Shown here: one piece after another, positions 58,880-64,000 of the stretch | How positions within the stretch are numbered: the first letter of the stretch is position 1 | Layout: each line of letters opens with the position of its first letter | IMG/VR virus record: IMGVR_UViG_3300020255_000001 | Reading direction: 5' to 3' (one strand) | DNA length: 64,000 nucleotides | From: an uncultured virus (IMG/VR IMGVR_UViG_3300020255_000001) | Lineage: Duplodnaviria > Heunggongvirae > Uroviricota > Caudoviricetes > Kyanoviridae | Translations under genes and position numbers: made by a program | The notes under the pieces: model-generated | What the model saw: the letters and a program-made list of their open reading frames with translations, nothing else | Told to the model about the DNA's origin: nothing | Database searches by the model: none

Positions 58880-59745
58880 TGGCAACTAACTCTTACTTTA
58901 CACAAGGCACAACTGGTGAACAAGATCTTATAGAGAATCTTGTTATAGAACAGATAAAGATGTTTGGAAAGAATGTCTTTTATATGCCTAGAACTTTAGT
59001 AAATGAAGATACAACATTTACTGAAGATGCTTTGTCTAAGTTTGATGATGCCTACGAAATAGAAGCATATATTGAAGATCCAACTGGATTTACTGGTGAC
59101 GGTGATCTCTTTACTAAGTTTGGTGTAAGGATTTCTGATCAAGTTACATTTATAATATCAAGAAAAAGATTTACAGAAGCAGTTGATGACAATGCACAAC
59201 TGATTGTGGAAGGAAGACCTAACGAAGGAGACTTGGTTTACTTCCCTATGGCAAATAAAATATTTAAAATTATGTTCGTTGAGCACGAACAACCTTTCTA
59301 TCAGTTAGGTAAGATCCACGTATGGGGTCTTAAGTGTGAACTCTTCGAGTTCAGCGACGAGCAGTTCGATACAGGAGTTACTGCAATCGATCAAATCGAA
59401 CAGGACTTCTCAGTATCCATCACTATCAACTTTGCCACAGGTGGCACTGGAGACTTTACAGTCGGTGAAGTGGTGGCAGGTGGAACCTCTAATATTACAG
59501 CAGAGGTTAAGTCTTGGGATTCTACTAATAGACAATTACAAGTCTTTAATAGAACTGGAATATTTACAATTCCAGAGACTATAACAGGGCAGTCATCAAG
59601 TGCTGCTTGGACAACTGCATCATATAATACACTAAATAATACATCGAGCGAATACGATTCAAATAGTTCGTTTGAAACCCTTGCTGATTCAATTATTGAT
59701 TTTTCAGAAGGGAATCCATTTGGTGATTTTGGAGGTGCTAATTAA
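58879..59745 (+). CDS. gp14: Neck protein gp14
   Basis: EQ.L...L..EQIK.FG, RPNEGDL.YFP and DFSE.NPFG motifs. Confidence 0.93.
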   Translation: MATNSYFTQGTTGEQDLIENLVIEQIKMFGKNVFYMPRTLVNEDTTFTEDALSKFDDAYEIEAYIEDPTGFTGDGDLFTKFGVRISDQVTFIISRKRFTEAVDDNAQLIVEGRPNEGDLVYFPMANKIFKIMFVEHEQPFYQLGKIHVWGLKCELFEFSDEQFDTGVTAIDQIEQDFSVSITINFATGGTGDFTVGEVVAGGTSNITAEVKSWDSTNRQLQVFNRTGIFTIPETITGQSSSAAWTTASYNTLNNTSSEYDSNSSFETLADSIIDFSEGNPFGDFGGAN

Positions 59746-60542
59746 TGTTAGGTACATATACATACAATGAAATATTCCGAAAGTCAGTTATTGCTTTTGG
59801 TACTTTGTTTAATAACATAGAAATTCGTAGAAAGAAAAATGCTACGGAATATGAGTATATGAAAGTGCCTTTGGCATATGGACCTAAACAAAAGTTTTTA
59901 GCAAGACTTCAACAAGTAGGAGATTTAACTAGGAAAGATGCGACTCAAATTACGCTTCCTAGGATTTCGTTTGAGATTTCTGGTTTCAATTACGACGCAA
60001 CAAGAAAGGTCTCCCCAACACAGAGAGTTAGGACTGCTGTTGGAACTGACCTACAAAAAGCGTTTATGCCAGTACCGTACAACGTTGACTTTGAGTTAGC
60101 AATTCTTTCAAAGAATCAAGATGACGGTTTACAAATCTTAGAACAAATACTTCCATACTTCCAACCCACATTTAATATCACTGTACAACTGAACGATCAG
60201 TTACAGGAGAAAAAAGATTTTCCAGTAGTTTTAAATACAATATCTTATGATGATGATTATGAAGGTGATTATACAACAAGAAGAACTCTCATATATACAA
60301 TAACTTTCACTTGCAAAACATATATCTACGGTCCTGTTCTTGACGGTGAGAAAGAACTTATCCGTAAGGCAATCGTTGATACTGCAACTGATAATAAAAC
60401 AAGTGCACCTCGTGAGATGAGATACACGGTCGAACCAGACCCAATCACTTCTGATCCAGATGATGATTTTGGTTTTAATGAATTATTCAGTACTTTTAAT
60501 GATGGAAAATCAAGAAATCCAGTCACAGGAAACGACGAGTAA
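59745..60542 (+). CDS. gp15: Tail sheath stabiliser/terminator gp15
   Basis: AFGTLFNNI, VPLAYGPKQKFLARL, LPRISFE and EQILPYFQP motifs. Confidence 0.93.
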   Translation: MLGTYTYNEIFRKSVIAFGTLFNNIEIRRKKNATEYEYMKVPLAYGPKQKFLARLQQVGDLTRKDATQITLPRISFEISGFNYDATRKVSPTQRVRTAVGTDLQKAFMPVPYNVDFELAILSKNQDDGLQILEQILPYFQPTFNITVQLNDQLQEKKDFPVVLNTISYDDDYEGDYTTRRTLIYTITFTCKTYIYGPVLDGEKELIRKAIVDTATDNKTSAPREMRYTVEPDPITSDPDDDFGFNELFSTFNDGKSRNPVTGNDE

Positions 60543-60960
60543 ATTCGACGGTATTGAAGACGCTCTTGATGTAGAAACATCCATCGTTAAAGATGAGAAA
60601 CCTGCATTAGAGAGAGTAGAAGATACACCTGTAAAACAAAACGAAGCAATTAAAAAAGACTACGAATATACTCGTGGCAATTTGTATTCGTTAATTGACA
60701 AGGGACAGGAAGCGGTAGACGGAATCCTAGAACTATCACAACAAACAGATTCACCACGTGCCTATGAGGTAGCAGGTAATCTTATTAAGAACGTGGCAGA
60801 TGCCACGGATAAACTAATAGACCTTCAGAAAAAAATGCAAGAATTAGAAGAAGGTCCAAAAGGTGCTGTAACAGGTAACGTTACTAACAACACAATGTTT
60901 GTTGGTAGCACTGCTGATCTTGCGAAATTCCTCAAACAGAAACAGAAAGAGGATAAATAG
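60499..60960 (+). CDS. gp16: Terminase small subunit gp16
   Basis: DYEYTRGNLY.LI.KGQEA..., SPRAYEV and FVGSTADL.K.L motifs; start 60499/60502 more likely than 60460. Confidence 0.88.
   Translation: MMENQEIQSQETTSKFDGIEDALDVETSIVKDEKPALERVEDTPVKQNEAIKKDYEYTRGNLYSLIDKGQEAVDGILELSQQTDSPRAYEVAGNLIKNVADATDKLIDLQKKMQELEEGPKGAVTGNVTNNTMFVGSTADLAKFLKQKQKEDK
60952..60959 (+). promoter_or_regulatory. T4-type late promoter
   Basis: GATAAATA at the gp16 stop. Confidence 0.6.
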
Positions 60961-60987
60961 TAAAAACAATCTTGTGTCAAAAAGTCG

Positions 60988-61536
60988 ATGTCTGTATTAA
61001 ATGTCTTAGATACTACGACAGTGAGTGGTTCAGGTACTGCTTACATCGTCGTTAAAAGTGGAGTTGTACGTGCATATGCTGCATCTGCATCAACCATAAA
61101 ATTTGATAGCGGTCCTGCTATTACACTTGCAGCAGGGGAAGCAGTTTTGCTTTCAGTAGGTAAATCAAAAAATATTAGTATTACTGGTGCAACTAATGCT
61201 AACGGTTCAGTATTTACTGTTGCAGGTGGTGGACACGGTACAGGAGCAGGTGGTCGTCACAGTTTTGCTGTAGGAGATTTTGTTCAGACTATAGATGGTG
61301 GTGACACAGGTTTTGGAACAGACTTTGAATCTGCTGCATCAGCAGGTAAGAAAGTGACAGCAGTTACTGACATAACAATTACTACAGACATTGATGCGTC
61401 AGGTGCAGGTTCTGCATATTCAATTAGTGATGCTGATGTAATCGCTAACACCGTTCCTATGTTACAAAGAACTGTTAAGTTAACAGCAGGTTCTGCGGAC
61501 GTAGTTGTAGAACAAGTACAAGTTGTCGGAGGTTGA
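60988..61536 (+). CDS. Conserved cyanophage hypothetical (probable virion) protein
   Basis: 182 aa, G/A/T-rich; follows a late promoter. Confidence 0.7.
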   Translation: MSVLNVLDTTTVSGSGTAYIVVKSGVVRAYAASASTIKFDSGPAITLAAGEAVLLSVGKSKNISITGATNANGSVFTVAGGGHGTGAGGRHSFAVGDFVQTIDGGDTGFGTDFESAASAGKKVTAVTDITITTDIDASGAGSAYSISDADVIANTVPMLQRTVKLTAGSADVVVEQVQVVGG

Positions 61537-61539
61537 TCC

Positions 61540-61683
61540 GTGGCGATACAAGATATTAATGGTCAATGGGTATGTGCATATTGTGGATTGAAGTCTCCTA
61601 AAGGACATTGGAGACCTAAAACGTGGATTGAAAAACACGAAAAAAATTGTCCTAGACACCCATCTAATAATCAAGTAGCATAA
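61540..61683 (+). CDS. 47-aa zinc-finger-like protein
   Basis: Hand-translated GTG start; CAYC...HEKNC; GGAGG SD; TAATG coupling. Confidence 0.65.
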   Translation: MAIQDINGQWVCAYCGLKSPKGHWRPKTWIEKHEKNCPRHPSNNQVA

Positions 61684-63581
61684 TGAACAATCTTCAATCA
61701 TTTTCTAACTTTACTGAACACTGTGGTTGCGATCATAGTGAAGACAAAAAGAAAAAATCTAAAGTTACTAAAGAAGAGATCATAAAAGAATATGGTGATC
61801 CTACAGTTAGTAAGAGATTGAGAGTTGCTCGTGCGATTGATTCAACGTTTAGAGGTAAAGCACCAAAGTACAATAGTAAGCGTGCTAAAATTTCTAATGC
61901 TTTGAAGATGTCATCAATAAAAGCAGAGACAAAAAAAAGAAAGGCAAAAGAAAATCCATATTCAGCAGGTAAAAAATTAAAAGCAGCTCTTGGAATAAAC
62001 AGTGAAGGTTATCTTCCAGAAGAGGGATATGATATTGCAAGAGATATGGGAATGGTAAAACCATCTAAAGATAAGAAAGATGCAACTACTGCTAACCATA
62101 CAAGAGAAACTGAGACTGATGCTCAAAGAAAATTACGTATGCTAAAGCAGCAGAAGAATACTGCTAGAGCAGTTGAGAATGTTAAACAAAGACTTAGAGA
62201 TAAGTATGGTAAGAATGCCATAATGGATGTAGGTAAGAAAAATGAAGAAGTAGAACATCTTGATGAATTAAGTAAGACAACTACTGCGAACTATCTCTAC
62301 CACGCAAAGGTAGATAAAAATTATGTTCACGGTGGCAAGATGGGTAAGTATGCAAAAGCGAGAGACAAAGGAATACAAAGAGCAGAGAAAAAACTAGGAA
62401 AAAAAGTTAGTGATAGAGTTAACTATGTTGCAGATACTGATACTCGCTCGATGAGACAAGATTCAAGTACATCAGCATACCCTAGAAAAATTAAGGTAAA
62501 AGAAGAAGTACAGTTAGAGAAAGTTAATCTAAGAGATAAGTCTACTCAGTATGCTAGAAGCACTAAAGAGGTAGATACTGCAATGACAGATCACGTCAAT
62601 AGAACAAAAGGTAGACACTATGGTAAAGATGGTAAGGTCACAGAAGTTGGTCGTTATCGTAGACCAAGTAAGAGAGAAGCAAGAAATGAATTGATTGATT
62701 TGTATAAAGAAAGTTATGGTAGAGGTAGACTTACTAGCACTAATGATATGCAGAGTAAGTTATACGCTAAGAATAATAGTATGGGTAAACCAAGAACTGA
62801 TGATGAGATCAGGAAAGAAAAAGGTGGACAAGCATTTCTTGATAGAATCAAAGCAGCAAAATCAAAAATGAAAAGTGAAGGAACTTCTTATGGTCTCTAC
62901 AAGGGAACTGGTAAACCATCAGGTCCTATGGCAGCGTTTGCTAAGAAAACTAAGAAGAAAAAAGAAGTAAAAGAAGAAATGGGTAATATAGCACATACTA
63001 AAACTAAAAAAGGTGGAAAGACAATTATAAATGTAAATAAAAATGATGAGGCAGATGCACAGAAAGCAATGAAGAATGATCCAAAATACATTCTTGGTAA
63101 GACTAGAGTGCAGTCATATAAAGAAGAATTTTATCAAAAAAGATATACTAGCAGTGGTTATAAACCTGTTGGTAAAAATAAGAGAATGGATCAGTCAAAC
63201 AAAAGATCTGGTGATAGTAAAGCACAGTATAGAGACTTACATAAAGATCTTGCTAAGTATGGTCACGTTAAAACAGGTAAAGCAAGTAACCTTAAAAGTG
63301 GTTTGAAGAGTTTCAAGGAATCTGCGTGGCAACGTAAAGAAGGAAAGAACCCTAGTGGTGGGTTAAATGAAAAGGGAAGAAAGTCTTATGAAAGAGAAAA
63401 TCCTGGTTCAGATCTCAAAGCACCTGTAACAGGTAGTCCAAAACCAGGTAGTAAGGCAGATAAAAGGCAAAACAATTTTTGCAAAAGAATGGGTGGAATG
63501 AGAGGACCTATGAAAGATGAGAAAGGTAGACCAACTCGTAAAGCATTAGCACTTAAAAAATGGAACTGTCGTAGTTCCTAG
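61683..63581 (+). CDS. Lys-rich modular protein, probable internal head protein, with conserved C-terminal AWQRKEGK...WNC module
   Basis: 632 aa; basic segments separated by acidic xKEE/LDE linkers. Confidence 0.7.
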   Translation: MNNLQSFSNFTEHCGCDHSEDKKKKSKVTKEEIIKEYGDPTVSKRLRVARAIDSTFRGKAPKYNSKRAKISNALKMSSIKAETKKRKAKENPYSAGKKLKAALGINSEGYLPEEGYDIARDMGMVKPSKDKKDATTANHTRETETDAQRKLRMLKQQKNTARAVENVKQRLRDKYGKNAIMDVGKKNEEVEHLDELSKTTTANYLYHAKVDKNYVHGGKMGKYAKARDKGIQRAEKKLGKKVSDRVNYVADTDTRSMRQDSSTSAYPRKIKVKEEVQLEKVNLRDKSTQYARSTKEVDTAMTDHVNRTKGRHYGKDGKVTEVGRYRRPSKREARNELIDLYKESYGRGRLTSTNDMQSKLYAKNNSMGKPRTDDEIRKEKGGQAFLDRIKAAKSKMKSEGTSYGLYKGTGKPSGPMAAFAKKTKKKKEVKEEMGNIAHTKTKKGGKTIINVNKNDEADAQKAMKNDPKYILGKTRVQSYKEEFYQKRYTSSGYKPVGKNKRMDQSNKRSGDSKAQYRDLHKDLAKYGHVKTGKASNLKSGLKSFKESAWQRKEGKNPSGGLNEKGRKSYERENPGSDLKAPVTGSPKPGSKADKRQNNFCKRMGGMRGPMKDEKGRPTRKALALKKWNCRSS

Positions 63582-63603
63582 ATAGTGTAACAGAAACTTT
63601 ATT

Positions 63604-64000
63604 ATGCAACCTGACGTTATTGATTTATTTCCATCCACAGTTCTAAGATTCAGACACGATGACTCTGAGATAAGGGATGAACTTGAAAAAGTTATTAGTG
63701 ATGTACAAGAGAAAGAACAATTAATTCTTCACTTCGGTGATGATCCTTCCAAGCAAGATCATTGGAGGGATTTTTTTCGTGCGTATGAAATGCCAAACTT
63801 AGAATCATATATTGCAGAGTGTGTTATTAAATATGTTGGTCACGATAATTGGAATATACCTGAGTCTTGGTTAAATATATACCCAACAGGTGCTAATCAG
63901 AATCAACATATGCACCCAGGATTTGAGTTGTCAGGATGTTATTATCATAAGACAAGTCCAGAACAAGGATTAATTAATTTTCATAGTCCACTTGTACAAG
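63604..64000 (+). CDS. 2OG-Fe(II) oxygenase-like protein (TIGR02466-type), truncated by the window end
   Basis: Hand-translated; LFP..V N-terminus and SWLNIY..G..Q..H.HP...LSGCYY. Confidence 0.75.
   Translation, partial: MQPDVIDLFPSTVLRFRHDDSEIRDELEKVISDVQEKEQLILHFGDDPSKQDHWRDFFRAYEMPNLESYIAECVIKYVGHDNWNIPESWLNIYPTGANQNQHMHPGFELSGCYYHKTSPEQGLINFHSPLVQ

Noticed and set aside
1..64000. tRNA/rRNA genes and photosynthesis or bilin genes (psbA, hli, pebS, cpeT)
   Set aside because: None recognised in this window

Overview
This is a 64-kb, AT-rich, all-plus-strand segment of a T4-like marine cyanophage (myovirus). Gene content and order resemble Prochlorococcus/Synechococcus myoviruses; the exact phage cannot be confirmed from sequence alone. 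(1) 1-7.7 kb is a hypervariable early region of about 30 small ORFs. They sit in repeated promoter cassettes (upstream operator or hairpin, sigma70-like -35/extended -10, AACACT leader, ATG) and include an ArdA-like antirestriction gene, a truncated NUMOD4-HNH gene and a structured intergenic RNA candidate. (2) 7.7-7.9 kb is a non-coding boundary. (3) 7.9-13.9 kb encodes NlpC/P60, AbrB-like, 2OG-Fe(II) oxygenase, virion and PAAR proteins. (4) 13.9-61 kb is the baseplate/tail/neck module (gp25, gp6, a 7028-aa gp7, YHYH, fibres, gp8, VrlC-like, Mtd_N fibre, gp13-gp16) with T4 late promoters. (5) The window ends with a Lys-rich probable internal-head polyprotein and a partial 2OG-Fe(II) oxygenase. 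The most striking observation is in the giant gp7: six or seven phycobiliprotein-like repeats that keep cysteines at positions matching both bilin-attachment sites, plus a cupredoxin-like domain with type-1 copper ligands. This suggests a possibly chromophorylated, light- or redox-responsive virion, which is a hypothesis only. No tRNA, rRNA, CRISPR array or integrase was seen. All family assignments are by-eye motif recognition; no searches were run.
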